From: a virus
Length of the DNA stretch: 64,000 nt
Virus record (IMG/VR): IMGVR_UViG_3300028393_000021
Reading direction: 5' to 3' (one strand)
The notes below the pieces were generated by a model, which worked only from the letters and a program-made list of their open reading frames with translations, did not search any database and had not been told where the DNA came from. How positions within the stretch are numbered: the stretch's first letter is position 1; the number at the start of each line of letters is the position of its first letter. A program made the position numbers and the translations under genes. Positions 9,429-21,526 of the stretch are shown in pieces.

Positions 9429-12400
9429 TTAAGAATTAACATAATTAATAGACACATACAAATCTGCTGCATATGCCCCTGTATTAGTTATGATAACTGT
9501 AACATTTGATGAAGATGATGCGATTGAAATAGGAGTATTAGTACCATAACTCGGTCCGAGACCTGTAAAACTAATTGTACTCACAGTCACATCATCAACA
9601 TTAATATTTAGCGAAACAGCTTGGGTACCAGAACTTAAAACTCTGGCTGTGATACTGTTAATTAAAATAGTTCTGTTTGGAAACCATTTTGAAGTATATA
9701 AACTACTGTATCCAGTGAATAAACTACCCGGAGTATAAACTTGAGCAACTAATGCAGTAGATCCACCTCCACCCACAGCACTACCATTTTGATAAATTGT
9801 TCCGCCGACATATAAAGATCCGCCGATCCCCACTCCACCTCTAACTACTAATGCACCTGTGGTAGTTGATGTTGAGCCAGTAGCATTAGTTATAACAAAT
9901 GTTGAGCTAGTTCCAGTACTATTAGATGCACTACTACCAGTATACCCTATTGCTGTAGATGCGCCAGAAGCTCCAACACTACCGGTAAAACCCAGTGGGC
10001 CTTGAATTTTAGTTATAGAAGTCCATGTCGAGCCGCTCCATATCCACAAAAATCCGTCAACAGCAGTAATATATGCATCTCCTTTAGAACCAGTATATGA
10101 CATTGGAGCTGTTTGATAACCAGGCAAGTCAGTCGACGTTGAAACAGAACCTATGATAGATATGGATGATCCGGGATTACCCTCACTTCCAGTATAACCA
10201 TTACTACCTATATATCCACTAGCGGTGCTTGCTGATCCAGTATAACCTCTACTACCAGTAAATCCTATGCTACCAGTGTAACCTGTGCTACCTATGTATC
10301 CACTAGCAGTGCTGGCTGATCCAGTATAACCAACACTACCCCAATACCCTGTGCTACCTATATAACCAACACTACCCCAATAACCTGTGCTACCCCAATA
10401 ACCTGTGCTACCCCAATAACCAACACTGCCCCAATAACCAGTAATACCTTGTGTACCGGTACTACCAATAAAACCTGTGCTACCCCAATAACCAACACTG
10501 CCCCAATAACCAGTAATACCTTGTGTACCGGTACTACCAGTATAACCTGTGCTACCTATATATCCTAGACTACCAGTAAAACCTGTGCTACCTATATATC
10601 CTAGACTACCAGTAAAACCTGTGCTACCTATATATCCTAGACTACCAGTATAACCTGTGCTACCTATATATCCTAGACTACCAGTAAAACCTGTGCTACC
10701 TATATATCCTAGACTACCGGTATATCCCTTACTGCCCCAATAGCCAGTAATACCCTGACTACCCGAATACCCGATTGGTCCTGTTTCTGAGTTTGCAGGA
10801 CCGGCAAATGTCCATTCATTGCTAGCTACTTTAATCACCGTAGCGATAGTGAACGGAACAGTTAAAGTGGGAGTTTCCGTAGTATGTAACGTTACTCCAA
10901 AAAATCCTGATATGATTACAGGTCCAGTGCCTACGTTACATAAATCAATACGTTGACCCACAGCAAAATTAACTCCCCCCTCTGATGGAATATATACCGT
11001 AATAGGCGAACTATTAGTAAATTCAATAAGTGTGCCGGCATCTGACAATGCTAGAGTATAACTTCCTGATTGCGTACTAATAGCTTGTATTGAATCAAAT
11101 CCACCTTTACTACCAGCATATCCCTCACTACCCCAATATCCATTAGTTCCGTTGGTTCCATTAGTTCCACCACTACCCCAATACCCCTGGGCACCTCTGC
11201 TACCAGTAAATCCAACAGCTCCTGCAACACTGGTAGCAGGACCGGCAAATGTCCATTCATTGTTGGCTACTTTAATCAACGTACCAATACTATATTGACT
11301 GTTTAAAATAGCAGAGTCCGAAGTATGTAAAGTTACTCCCGCGGCTGCGGCTATAATTACAGGACCTGTACTTATCTGACCTATATCTATACGTTGACCA
11401 ACACTGAAATTAACAGTATTATAGTCTGGAATAGTTACTGTAGTACCATTAGTAGTATCAAAATTAACTAGGCCACCAGCATCTGACAATGCTAGAGTAT
11501 ACGTTGCTCCTGTTTGAGTACTAATAATCTGTACTGAATCAAATCCACCTCTACTACCAACATATCCTGCACTGCCTGTAAATCCTACGCTACCTATATA
11601 TCCAAGACTACCAGTATATCCTCTACCCGCATATGCTCCATCTGCCCCAACACTACCGGTAAATCCCTTTTCACCCTGACTACCAGTATATCCTGCACTT
11701 CCAACGTAACCTGTGCTACCTATATATCCACTGGCAGTGCTGGCTGATCCAGTATAACCGGTGCTACCTATATATCCCACGCTGCCAGTAAATCCCATGC
11801 TGCCAGTATATCCCACGCTGCCAGTAAATCCCATGCTGCCAGTAAATCCCATGCTGCCAGTATAACCAGTAGATCCGTTAAAACCAAGTCCGATAATAGT
11901 TCCATTTAAACTAATAGCACCAGTTACGTTTAAAAGGCCACCCACATATAAATTTTCAGCAATGCCAACGCCACCTTTGACTAGCAACGCACCTGTACTG
12001 GTTGATGTACTGCTGGCAGTATTTGCTATTAAAAATGTGCTGGTGGTACCTGAACTGTTAGCATTAATAGCTTGACCATTAGAACCAAAAATTTGCCCAC
12101 CCACATATAAATCTTTAGCAATACCAACTCCACCGTTGACTACCAATGCACCTGTACTAGTTGATGTACTGCTAGCAGTATTTGCTATTAAAAATGTGCT
12201 GGTGGTACCTGAACTATTATCACTAATAGCTTGACCATTAGAACCAAAAATTTGCCCACCCACATATAAATCTTTAGCAATGCCAACTCCGCCATAAACT
12301 ATCAATGCACCTGTATTGGTTGATGTACTGCTGGCAGTATTTGATATTAAAAACGCCCTAGTGGTACTTGTATTTGAAACTAAAAAACCTTGAACATACA

Positions 12401-12908
12401 AGGAACCGCCAATAAATAAACTACCGCGTACACCTACACCACCTGCAACTGTTAATGCACCAGTAAAAGTATTAGCTGCAATTGTTGTATTGGAAATATT
12501 GATAGCTTGATTAGTTGATGATCCTCTGCTAGTAATAGTTTGTAATGTACTAGTATTCCAAATAATAATATTACCAGTACTGGTACTAACTGCTGTATCT
12601 GTGCCAGCAGTTATCGATGTTTGATTTGCATAATTATTAATCGAAGCAGTGGTAATTACTTGTTGATTATTTGAATATATATCGCCGCCAACATATAATT
12701 TCTCACCTATGCCCACGCCTCCCGAGACCACCAATGCACCTGAGTTAGTCGATGTTGATGCAGTGTTGTTAATTATCTGAAATATTTCAGTTGTACCATC
12801 AATAAATGCTGATACGATTGTCCAAGAATTGCTTGAAGCAGAGTAAACGTAGGTAGTTCCATCTACAACGGCTGTTTCATTGTCTACGGGTGAAATTGGA
12901 AATGTCAT
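9429..12908 (-). CDS. Fibre protein with GALxVxGGVGI repeats and Gly-X-Y (GYTGSx) repeats
   Basis: About 6 STSTxTGALxVxGGVGIxxxLYVGG units, several GYTGS/GFTGS/GYWGS runs, two LALSDAG.L..F...TV.IP domains. Confidence 0.85.
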   Translation of the reverse strand: MTFPISPVDNETAVVDGTTYVYSASSNSWTIVSAFIDGTTEIFQIINNTASTSTNSGALVVSGGVGIGEKLYVGGDIYSNNQQVITTASINNYANQTSITAGTDTAVSTSTGNIIIWNTSTLQTITSRGSSTNQAINISNTTIAANTFTGALTVAGGVGVRGSLFIGGSLYVQGFLVSNTSTTRAFLISNTASSTSTNTGALIVYGGVGIAKDLYVGGQIFGSNGQAISDNSSGTTSTFLIANTASSTSTSTGALVVNGGVGIAKDLYVGGQIFGSNGQAINANSSGTTSTFLIANTASSTSTSTGALLVKGGVGIAENLYVGGLLNVTGAISLNGTIIGLGFNGSTGYTGSMGFTGSMGFTGSVGYTGSMGFTGSVGYIGSTGYTGSASTASGYIGSTGYVGSAGYTGSQGEKGFTGSVGADGAYAGRGYTGSLGYIGSVGFTGSAGYVGSRGGFDSVQIISTQTGATYTLALSDAGGLVNFDTTNGTTVTIPDYNTVNFSVGQRIDIGQISTGPVIIAAAAGVTLHTSDSAILNSQYSIGTLIKVANNEWTFAGPATSVAGAVGFTGSRGAQGYWGSGGTNGTNGTNGYWGSEGYAGSKGGFDSIQAISTQSGSYTLALSDAGTLIEFTNSSPITVYIPSEGGVNFAVGQRIDLCNVGTGPVIISGFFGVTLHTTETPTLTVPFTIATVIKVASNEWTFAGPANSETGPIGYSGSQGITGYWGSKGYTGSLGYIGSTGFTGSLGYIGSTGYTGSLGYIGSTGFTGSLGYIGSTGFTGSLGYIGSTGYTGSTGTQGITGYWGSVGYWGSTGFIGSTGTQGITGYWGSVGYWGSTGYWGSTGYWGSVGYIGSTGYWGSVGYTGSASTASGYIGSTGYTGSIGFTGSRGYTGSASTASGYIGSNGYTGSEGNPGSSISIIGSVSTSTDLPGYQTAPMSYTGSKGDAYITAVDGFLWIWSGSTWTSITKIQGPLGFTGSVGASGASTAIGYTGSSASNSTGTSSTFVITNATGSTSTTTGALVVRGGVGIGGSLYVGGTIYQNGSAVGGGGSTALVAQVYTPGSLFTGYSSLYTSKWFPNRTILINSITARVLSSGTQAVSLNINVDDVTVSTISFTGLGPSYGTNTPISIASSSSNVTVIITNTGAYAADLYVSINYVNS

Positions 12909-12923
12909 TCTATTATTTAACCG

Positions 12924-15900
12924 TTAAAAAGTTATCGTGCCTGAAGTTTGCCAGGTATATATTCTATATCCATTATTTACTGTTGCAATTGCACCACTTA
13001 CAGAAGTTGGTCCCAAATATGTATTAGGATATCTAATAATTACAACACCCTTACCACCGTTATAGCCTGCCCCGCCACCGCCGCCGGTATTTGGGGTACC
13101 AGCAGTTCCCGATGTATCAGAACTTGCGCCAAGGCCGCCGCCGCCTTGTCCACCCTGTCCACCGTAAGTTCCATTATGTGATGAATAATATAATCCACCA
13201 CCACCACCACCTGCATAATAAGTAGCAGTACCAGATATAGCTGATGCGGATCCAATACCACCGCCACCGCCAGACCCGCTGCCATTAGAACCTGCGCCAC
13301 CGGCGCCGCCGCCGCCGGCACCAAGAAACGGAGCATTATACTGACTCACTGATCCCCCAACATTGCCTTGGTTGCCAGTTGCATTACCTCCCGTACTATT
13401 ACCATTTCGACTAGCACCGCCGCCACCAGACCCTCCAGTACCAGCAATGCTAGTACTAACTCCACCACCACCGCCACCGCCCAATGCAGTTATGTTATTG
13501 CCAAATTGCGAATAATCACCAGATGAGCCGTTGCCTCCAAAGTTAGATCCCACTGCGCCACCGTTACCTACAGTAATTGTATAACTTGTACCAGTACTAA
13601 TAGAATATCCAACACCTGTCAAGAAACCGCCTGCACCGCCACCGCCTGCATATGCACCATCGGCACCGCCCCCACCGCCACCTCCGACCACTAGATATTC
13701 TATAGTAATTGGGGCTGTTATACTTGTTAGATTTTTTACAAATTTTACTTTTTGTCCGGTGAAATCTAACCAGAACTTATCGGTATTGTTAACAGTGGTA
13801 TATCTATATAACCTGTCATTGTTAGTATTATACCAAATATCTCCTACAGTAGCAACTACTGGAGCAGTAGAACTAGAGGTGCTTCTTACTCCACCAGCAA
13901 TAATGCTAGTAGCATTAATTTGTCCGCCTACACCTAATCCCCCTGTGATTACTACAGCACCTGTAGTTATTGATGTACTAGTTGCGGTGTTGGTAAAGGA
14001 AACAACATTAGTAGTTGTTGCTCCTCGACCAGTTATACTTTGTAGTGTGCTGGCGTCATTAATTATGATTGATCCAGTAGTTGCACTTAGCGTAATATCC
14101 GTGCCACTAGATAAGTTCGTAACACCCAAGTTAGTAATAATTACATTGCCGCTACTAGTGCTTACACCAATGTATGTACTACCAGTTGCAGTAGTAACGC
14201 CAGTATTAGTAACAATTATATTACCGCTACTGGTGCTTACACTAATGCCAATACCAGCAGTTATTGATGTTTGATTAGCATACAGATTAACCGTGGCCGT
14301 GGTCAATACTATATTACCACTACTATATATTGTGCTATTAACATATAAGTTTCCACCAATACCTACACCGCCACGAACAATCAATGCACCGGTTGTAGTT
14401 GATGTTGAACTTGTAGTATTGGAAATACTAATAACTTGAGTAGTTGATGATCCTCTACTAGTAATAGTTTGTAATGTGCTGGTATTCCAAATAGTAATAT
14501 TACCAGTGCTGGTACTAATTGCGGTATCAGTACCTGCTGTAATAATAGTTTTATTTGCATAATCATTAATTGTTGCAGTGGTAATTACTTTTTGATTCTT
14601 GGTATAAATATCCCCGTTGACCTGTAGATCCCCACCTATACCTGCACCGCCTAATACAACCAGTGCACCTGTGGTAGGATTATCTGCTGAGGTAGCATTA
14701 GATATTGATATTGCATTGCTAGTATCTGAACCTCTATCAGTAATAGTTTGTAATGTACTAGTATTCCAAATAGTAATATTACCAGTGCTGGTACTAATTG
14801 CAGTATCAGTACCTGCTGTAATAATAGTTTTATTTGCGTAATTATTAATCGTTGCAGTGGTAATTACCTTTTGATTTTTGGTATAAATATCCCCGCCAAC
14901 CTGTAGATCTCCACCTATACCTGCACCCCCTGCAACTACTAACGCACCTGAATTAGTACCAGTCGAATTAGTAACATTATAAGTTGATATTATGTCATCT
15001 GTTACAATCAACGTTGTGGTAATTGTGGTTAATTGTATTTCCAATTCTTGAGCAACAATTTTTCCACCAACATACAAATTGCCGCCAATACCAACACCAC
15101 CTGTAACTTTCAATGCACCTGAGTTAGTTGAAGTTGCACTAGTTACATTAGTAATTACTATAGTATTAGTGGTAGAACTTCCTCTATTAGTAATAGTTTG
15201 TAATGTACTGGTATTCCAAATAGTGATATTACCAGTACTGGTACTAATTGCAGTATCAGTACCTGCTGTAATAATAGTTTTACTTGCATATAGGTTAACC
15301 GTAGCAGTGGTAATAATTTCTGAATTAATAATATAAGATGTGGTATTAACAAATAATGCACCACCTACATATACATCTTTAGCAATGCCAACTCCTCCAG
15401 TCACTTGTAAGGCACCTGAATTAGTGCTAGTTGACTGGGTTAAATTATTAATAAGAAATGAGCTAGTAGTACCTGTACTACTACCTACCAAAGATCCATT
15501 TGAATATACACTGCCTGCAAATACTCCGCCACCTACATATACATTTTTAGCAATGCCAAGTCCACCATATACAACTAATGCACCGGAACTAGTGCCGGTT
15601 GACTGGGTTAAATTATTAATAAGAAATGTGCTGGTTGTGCCTGTACTGCTACCAACCAAAGATCCATTTGAATATAGATTTCCTGCATATGTTGTGCCGC
15701 CAACATACAGATCTCTATTAATACCCACACCACCATATACAACTAATGCACCGGAACTAGTGCCGGTTGAATTAGTACTTGTAGTAATTCTTAGTACTAG
15801 ATCAATGACTGACTGGCCGAACTTACTGGTCAATCCACTTTGTGTAGTTAGAACTTCAACGTTATTAATAAGGGCTTTGCCCAATATGTTGATATCGCCA

Positions 15901-16181
15901 GCTATGCCAACACCACCATCTACTACCAGAGCATTGGGAGTATAAAAACCTATGTTAGATAATGTTGAGCGTACACGTACTGTGGCTCCATCAATTGTAA
16001 GAAGATTCGACCAATTACGTATATTTGTAGCAGTTGATCCAGTAAGTACACTGCCATTAATAGTTGGAGAGCCAAGATCCGGTTCTGCTTGACTAGTATC
16101 TAAATATTCGTAGCGATCAGCAGTTAACTTTGTACTGCCTAATTTCTTTATTTTACCGCTGAATAATCTACTTTTACTCAT
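12924..16181 (-). CDS. Fibre protein with GALxVxGGVGI repeats and C-terminal glycine-rich domain
   Basis: About 8 GAL(V/Q)VxGGxGI units, repeated [28 protein letters not shown] blocks, C-terminal YLVVGGGGGGG...GGKGVVIIRY. Confidence 0.85.
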   Translation of the reverse strand: MSKSRLFSGKIKKLGSTKLTADRYEYLDTSQAEPDLGSPTINGSVLTGSTATNIRNWSNLLTIDGATVRVRSTLSNIGFYTPNALVVDGGVGIAGDINILGKALINNVEVLTTQSGLTSKFGQSVIDLVLRITTSTNSTGTSSGALVVYGGVGINRDLYVGGTTYAGNLYSNGSLVGSSTGTTSTFLINNLTQSTGTSSGALVVYGGLGIAKNVYVGGGVFAGSVYSNGSLVGSSTGTTSSFLINNLTQSTSTNSGALQVTGGVGIAKDVYVGGALFVNTTSYIINSEIITTATVNLYASKTIITAGTDTAISTSTGNITIWNTSTLQTITNRGSSTTNTIVITNVTSATSTNSGALKVTGGVGIGGNLYVGGKIVAQELEIQLTTITTTLIVTDDIISTYNVTNSTGTNSGALVVAGGAGIGGDLQVGGDIYTKNQKVITTATINNYANKTIITAGTDTAISTSTGNITIWNTSTLQTITDRGSDTSNAISISNATSADNPTTGALVVLGGAGIGGDLQVNGDIYTKNQKVITTATINDYANKTIITAGTDTAISTSTGNITIWNTSTLQTITSRGSSTTQVISISNTTSSTSTTTGALIVRGGVGIGGNLYVNSTIYSSGNIVLTTATVNLYANQTSITAGIGISVSTSSGNIIVTNTGVTTATGSTYIGVSTSSGNVIITNLGVTNLSSGTDITLSATTGSIIINDASTLQSITGRGATTTNVVSFTNTATSTSITTGAVVITGGLGVGGQINATSIIAGGVRSTSSSTAPVVATVGDIWYNTNNDRLYRYTTVNNTDKFWLDFTGQKVKFVKNLTSITAPITIEYLVVGGGGGGGADGAYAGGGGAGGFLTGVGYSISTGTSYTITVGNGGAVGSNFGGNGSSGDYSQFGNNITALGGGGGGGVSTSIAGTGGSGGGGASRNGNSTGGNATGNQGNVGGSVSQYNAPFLGAGGGGAGGAGSNGSGSGGGGGIGSASAISGTATYYAGGGGGGLYYSSHNGTYGGQGGQGGGGLGASSDTSGTAGTPNTGGGGGAGYNGGKGVVIIRYPNTYLGPTSVSGAIATVNNGYRIYTWQTSGTITF

Positions 16182-16515
16182 TGCTTGTTTCTAAAATACT
16201 TAAAACTAAATTAACACTGCCATTAGCGCCGGCGCTAGCAGTTATACTTGCACCGGTTTCAATTACTAGTTTCCCTGTAATAACTTCACAGGCATCGTTT
16301 ACAGGTATTTCGAAATCTTTTAGCATAATAAATTCAGTGGCATTTTTAACCAAAGTAAATTTTACAGTAACAGGATCTATACCAATATTAGTAGCTTGGG
16401 CGCCAAGTACAATAGTAGTTACTGTGTCCGGAGTAGTATAGATGGTTTGGGCATCAGTAGTTAATTCAAATGCTTTAGTTTTAAACGAATTTAAGGGTAG
16501 TGCTGCGGTTGCCAT
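16174..16515 (-). CDS. Hypothetical virion-associated protein
   Basis: 113 aa beta-rich ORF between fibre genes, overlaps the next start. Confidence 0.7.
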   Translation of the reverse strand: MATAALPLNSFKTKAFELTTDAQTIYTTPDTVTTIVLGAQATNIGIDPVTVKFTLVKNATEFIMLKDFEIPVNDACEVITGKLVIETGASITASAGANGSVNLVLSILETSNE

Positions 16516-16518
16516 TTT

Positions 16519-19500
16519 TTATGATCCTATTGCTAATATATACGGTGTCATGACCGCAAACAGACTTTTTGTAAATGTTCTTCCAGAAATTGTTCCTATA
16601 CTGTTATTTATAACCAAGTCATTTCCAATTCTAAAATCTCCCTGTTGATCTGTTGCGGTGTAATAAACTTTGCCACCATTAATAGCTATAGCATAATTAT
16701 CGCTGTTTGGTTCACCTCCCAAGAACGGTAATGCAGCATCAATATTAATACCTGCACCAATCCATTCAAAATTATGTGAAGAACTTTGTATCTGACTATA
16801 TTGATGGAATGTTACTACAGTATTATCATTGATTGTTGACGGTACTGTTGTTTGTAGAACAACAGTACTTGAATATTCATTTTCCACTACATTAGCAATT
16901 ATATCTACTAATGCTTGGGCTCGTAATGATTCTACGCTAGTAGCAGTAGTATAACTAACAATTTGAGTTAACGCGGTATACCTAGGAGTAAATGCGGTAT
17001 TTAATACTACATTATCTATAATATCTTTAATACGAGAGTAACCAGCAATAGTGGCTAATTTTTGTTTACTTGGAACTCTTAATACGCCACCATCATAATA
17101 TGCATCACCGGCTTTAGCAGTTTGACTATTACCGTTATATAATAAATCATAACTTACTGCATCTATTATGTAACCGACATCTCGTTTACAGGTTGCAGTA
17201 CTGTACACTAATCCCACATAGCTAGTATTGATAAATGCCACAGTTTCTGCCTGTATAAAAGTTCTATTTGCTAATAATAAATTAAAAGCGTTTTTTACGC
17301 TTACATTTGTACTTTCAGTAAGAGGAATAGAAACTTTTGGAAGAGCAACACTTGGACCATTAATAATAATATTTGTTATGGTAGATATTTTAGAATTAAT
17401 TAATCCAACTTCTATAGATGTTGCTGTATTAGCACTAACGGTTTGAGTAACTGTACTTTGATAGGGATTAGTTATTAAACTACCTTTAATAATAGATGAT
17501 GAAATATCTCTGATAAAATTATATGCAGCAGTAGTCTGCGGTATTTCGTTAGCGATCACAGTGGCTGTTGAATCAGTATTATAACCATAATAGTAGACTC
17601 CGCTCATAACGCTCTGTCTATTACCACCATGCAATAAATCAAATGCTACACTATCAAGAATATATCCAACATCACGACTACAGGTATCTTGATTATAACT
17701 ATATAAACTATTAACATAGCCAACTGTTTCTGCTTGTATAAAACTTCTATTTGCTAATAATAAATTAAAAGCATTGACAAAAGTAGTAGTAGAAGTGGCA
17801 GTTAATCCAATTGGGATTTTAGAAGTTACTACGCCTGGACCATTATTAATAATATTTGTTATTGTATTGATATTATTAACTATTAATGCTGCTTCAACAG
17901 AAGTTGCTGTATTAATACTAATAGATTGTTTTATAATACTTTGATAACGCGGAGTTACTGTAATACCTTGTATTATATTGCTTGTAAGTGTTTTAATATA
18001 ATTGTATGCAGCAGTAGTCTGTGCGATTTGGTTAACTATTACAGTAGATGAACTATTAAAATTGTAATAATACACACCACTCATAACACTTTGTCTATTA
18101 CCACCATGTATTAAATCAAATGCAATAGAATCAATGACGTATCCCAAATCTCTATAACATGTAGATGTATTAAATGTAAATGATGGATTATTAGTAGTAA
18201 TCCAATTGAGTGTTAATGTTTGTAATTGAGCTTTTGAACTTCTGATTACATTATATGCATTTACAATATTTGTAGTAGTTTTTCTAACACCATTTGGAAC
18301 TATTAATGAAGTTATACCAGTATCATAATTCTTGTCTATTTCTATAATTAGACCATCAATCATAGCAAGTTTAACTGCTAATAACAGTTTGGCAGAAGTA
18401 CTTGTGGTTGTAGGGTATACTATTACAGGTAAAGAATTGGTATTACCGCTAGATATAACTCCTTTAACTATATTAACTAATGAGTCTAACTCTGTTGCTT
18501 CTGTAGCAGATGCAGGATTAGTTATGATTTGTGTTAATCCATCATTAGTAGTTGAAGGTGTAACCGTTTGTCCTTGAACGATTTGACCAACTACAGTTTG
18601 TAGTCTAGTATAAGCAGCAACCGTAGCAGCTATTTCTGATCCTCCTATTAATAAACTTCCCGAAAAATATGCAGACGCAGCACCTCGGCTTGCAGTATTT
18701 CCGCCATACATAACATCGTAGCATAATGCATCGATTATATATCCCACATCTCTAAAACATTTACTTGAACTATAAGTTAAATCAGAATAGTAATCGTATA
18801 TATACGCAATAATTTCTGTTTGTATATATGTTTTATTAGCAATTAATAAGTTTTTAGCTTTGATAGCATTTGCGCTACGTGCGGTATTATTATTAAACAC
18901 CAACGCCGATGGAGTTGATCCATTAATAATATTTGTTATTTCATCAAACTTTACATTAGCAGTAGAAGTTGATAATGATTGAGCTGTTTGCGTTTTTAAA
19001 TAATTTATAGCAAATAATGTTTGTGCTAATTCAGTATTCAACACTATATTTGTTGATGTTATGTATCGACGATATGCAGCACCGGCAGTAACTGAATTAT
19101 AATTAGTACCAAACGCCACATCATATGCAACACCAGTTAGAATAATATCAGAATCTCTTCTGCAGGTTGTTCTGTTATAATTTAGATATACAGTTCCGGT
19201 GTTAAAAATATATAATAATGTGTTAAAATTATTGCTAACACTAGTACCAACTGTGGCACCACCAGCTGCTATTACATTTCCTACTAATAATCCTTTTAAA
19301 TATGATATTGCGTTACTAGTAGTAGTTAATTGTGAGCCGATGATCCCAGTATATCCTGTATTTTGACTCCAATATTGTAATCCCGCAAACGTTGATTGAC
19401 TAGTGCCACCGTATAATAGATCAAAAGCCACCGAATCAACTATTAATCCTACATCTCTACTGCATTTTGCTTGATTATATGCAAATCCATTTGAATATGT

Positions 19501-21498
19501 AGAATTTATCCAACTAATAGTAGCTTCTTGTAATAAAGACCTACTAGCAACAATAGCATTATATGCGGCCACTGTACTGGTATTAGTCGTCGCAGTAGAA
19601 TTAGGAACGATTTGAGATGAGATACCACTTGTACCAGTATTTAAAATATACAATATCTTATTAAAATTATTTGTAACTGTTGTGGCAGCAACCGTTCCTC
19701 CTGTTGCACTACTGATAGCAATTACTTGATCTCGCACATATGCAATTGCTGCACTAGTAGTAGTTAATTCTCTACCAATAGCACCTGTAAGGCCTGTTTG
19801 ACTCCAATATTGTAATCCAGCAAATACACTTTGACTAGTGCCGCCCTGCAACAAATCAAATGCAATAGAATCAACAATGAGTCCAGTGTCTCTATAACAT
19901 GTGGCGGTGTTATAAGTAAAATTGCTAATATATCCCACTGTTTCTTCTGCTATGAGAGTTTTGTTAGCTTGCAAGATTGTTACAGCCTTGAGAGCATTTG
20001 TAGCAGTAGTGCTAGTATTAATAGAAGGAAGATTATATGTTATAGCAGGTATTACACCATATCCGTTTTGAACTATATCTAATAGTAAAACAAATAAAGC
20101 ATTAACTCGATTATATGCAGCACTACCACTTGTTAAGGATGCTAATATTTTATTTTGTAAAAATACAATAGCGTTTATAGTTTGTGTTTTTTGAGTAGTA
20201 ATTACATTAGAACCTGATGCTCGATAATAACTTGAACCTGCTTGTATAGTTTGATAATTTGTGTTTAATACCATGTCATAGGATATTGCATCTATAATAT
20301 TACCTACATCTCTGCTACATTTAAATTGATTAAAACTAAACCCTGGAAATGCTTCTAAAATATGATTAATGGTTAATATTTGTAATTTTGCTTTTTCATC
20401 TAAAATAGTTTGTCTAGCATTTCTTAACACAGCATCATACTGACTATTGTCCCAAACTACACTTAATGGATATACAATATCTGTAGATCCAGTTTTAAAT
20501 GCAGTACTTGAAGCAACAGCATAATAATTACCATCTCCAAAATTTACAGCATCGCCTATAGCCGGTTTAGTTCCAAGTCCGTCAATAACAAATGTTCTCC
20601 CACTAGTGTCGCCTACAACCTTACCAGCATGTCTAATAGCTCCAACACCGTCTGCATATAATGCATAATTACCAAAGCTACTGTTACTGTTGGTAATAGA
20701 ACAAAATCCGCCTGATTCGCATAAGTACCCTATATTGCAACATATAGTAAAAACTGATACTAACGAAGCATACCCGCTGTTTAACATGTGAATGCCAATA
20801 CCGCCTTGATTATACTGTGTAAATGCATCAACCATCATGCTCTTTGTTCCCAATGCATGATTGCCGTTGACCCGCATACCGGTTCCGTCAGTGGTCATGC
20901 TAGTACAGTTTTGTACATATGGACTTGTTGATATAACACCTGCGCTACCGTCAATTGGAAATGCTATTGCTGCTGCTGGTGCTTCATGTCCTTTAAACGT
21001 TATGTTTGCTATGTATACACCATTGTTTACATAAAATATGTCGTTGGTTGATGTTGTGGCTCTGACATTGACTGTTCTTAAATTATCACCCACAATAGCA
21101 ACAGACTTTGGAACCGTTATAGGAGTAATCTCAGTGTAATCACCGCTTTTAACAAAAATAGTAGTACCAGTGGTTGCGATTGCTACCGCTGCTTTAATAG
21201 TGAGTTTAGATTCGTTTAAAGTTGTTCCGCTATAAGAATCATTGCCGCTTTTACTTACATATAATACATTTTGAACAGCAATACTAGGGCCTTGCGGACC
21301 TTGAATACCTTTACTACCAACATAACCCTGTATACCACCGTAGGGTAAATCATTCCAATGCAGAATACCGTTACCAATTTTAAATAAATTAGTATTGGTT
21401 TCGATACCCATTTCTCCCTGGGCAAGAATAGGATTTGCGGTACCTGTATTGCTCCATTCTGTGGATGTACCGCGTCTAAATTGAATTTGAATTGCCAT
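16519..21498 (-). CDS. Large fibre/structural protein: Mtd N-terminal-like domain, beta-helix-like region and eight C-x-R-D helical repeats
   Basis: MAIQIQFRRGTSTEW...NPILAQGEMGIET.T..FKIG.G...W..LPY is Mtd_N-like. YVSKSGND...G.T.....LTIKAA...A..GTTIFVKSGDY.E starts a pectin-lyase-like region. Eight CxRDxGxIxD..xYDL..GG repeats follow. Confidence 0.85.
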   Translation of the reverse strand: MAIQIQFRRGTSTEWSNTGTANPILAQGEMGIETNTNLFKIGNGILHWNDLPYGGIQGYVGSKGIQGPQGPSIAVQNVLYVSKSGNDSYSGTTLNESKLTIKAAVAIATTGTTIFVKSGDYTEITPITVPKSVAIVGDNLRTVNVRATTSTNDIFYVNNGVYIANITFKGHEAPAAAIAFPIDGSAGVISTSPYVQNCTSMTTDGTGMRVNGNHALGTKSMMVDAFTQYNQGGIGIHMLNSGYASLVSVFTICCNIGYLCESGGFCSITNSNSSFGNYALYADGVGAIRHAGKVVGDTSGRTFVIDGLGTKPAIGDAVNFGDGNYYAVASSTAFKTGSTDIVYPLSVVWDNSQYDAVLRNARQTILDEKAKLQILTINHILEAFPGFSFNQFKCSRDVGNIIDAISYDMVLNTNYQTIQAGSSYYRASGSNVITTQKTQTINAIVFLQNKILASLTSGSAAYNRVNALFVLLLDIVQNGYGVIPAITYNLPSINTSTTATNALKAVTILQANKTLIAEETVGYISNFTYNTATCYRDTGLIVDSIAFDLLQGGTSQSVFAGLQYWSQTGLTGAIGRELTTTSAAIAYVRDQVIAISSATGGTVAATTVTNNFNKILYILNTGTSGISSQIVPNSTATTNTSTVAAYNAIVASRSLLQEATISWINSTYSNGFAYNQAKCSRDVGLIVDSVAFDLLYGGTSQSTFAGLQYWSQNTGYTGIIGSQLTTTSNAISYLKGLLVGNVIAAGGATVGTSVSNNFNTLLYIFNTGTVYLNYNRTTCRRDSDIILTGVAYDVAFGTNYNSVTAGAAYRRYITSTNIVLNTELAQTLFAINYLKTQTAQSLSTSTANVKFDEITNIINGSTPSALVFNNNTARSANAIKAKNLLIANKTYIQTEIIAYIYDYYSDLTYSSSKCFRDVGYIIDALCYDVMYGGNTASRGAASAYFSGSLLIGGSEIAATVAAYTRLQTVVGQIVQGQTVTPSTTNDGLTQIITNPASATEATELDSLVNIVKGVISSGNTNSLPVIVYPTTTSTSAKLLLAVKLAMIDGLIIEIDKNYDTGITSLIVPNGVRKTTTNIVNAYNVIRSSKAQLQTLTLNWITTNNPSFTFNTSTCYRDLGYVIDSIAFDLIHGGNRQSVMSGVYYYNFNSSSTVIVNQIAQTTAAYNYIKTLTSNIIQGITVTPRYQSIIKQSISINTATSVEAALIVNNINTITNIINNGPGVVTSKIPIGLTATSTTTFVNAFNLLLANRSFIQAETVGYVNSLYSYNQDTCSRDVGYILDSVAFDLLHGGNRQSVMSGVYYYGYNTDSTATVIANEIPQTTAAYNFIRDISSSIIKGSLITNPYQSTVTQTVSANTATSIEVGLINSKISTITNIIINGPSVALPKVSIPLTESTNVSVKNAFNLLLANRTFIQAETVAFINTSYVGLVYSTATCKRDVGYIIDAVSYDLLYNGNSQTAKAGDAYYDGGVLRVPSKQKLATIAGYSRIKDIIDNVVLNTAFTPRYTALTQIVSYTTATSVESLRAQALVDIIANVVENEYSSTVVLQTTVPSTINDNTVVTFHQYSQIQSSSHNFEWIGAGINIDAALPFLGGEPNSDNYAIAINGGKVYYTATDQQGDFRIGNDLVINNSIGTISGRTFTKSLFAVMTPYILAIGS

Positions 21499-21526
21499 TT
21501 TAAGTGTTATGTGTAATTTGTAATAT

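Noticed and set aside
16519-21498. Diversity-generating retroelement suggested by the Mtd N-terminal domain
   Set aside because: No reverse transcriptase or adenine-specific template/variable repeat pair seen in the window; Mtd_N is a general fibre attachment module
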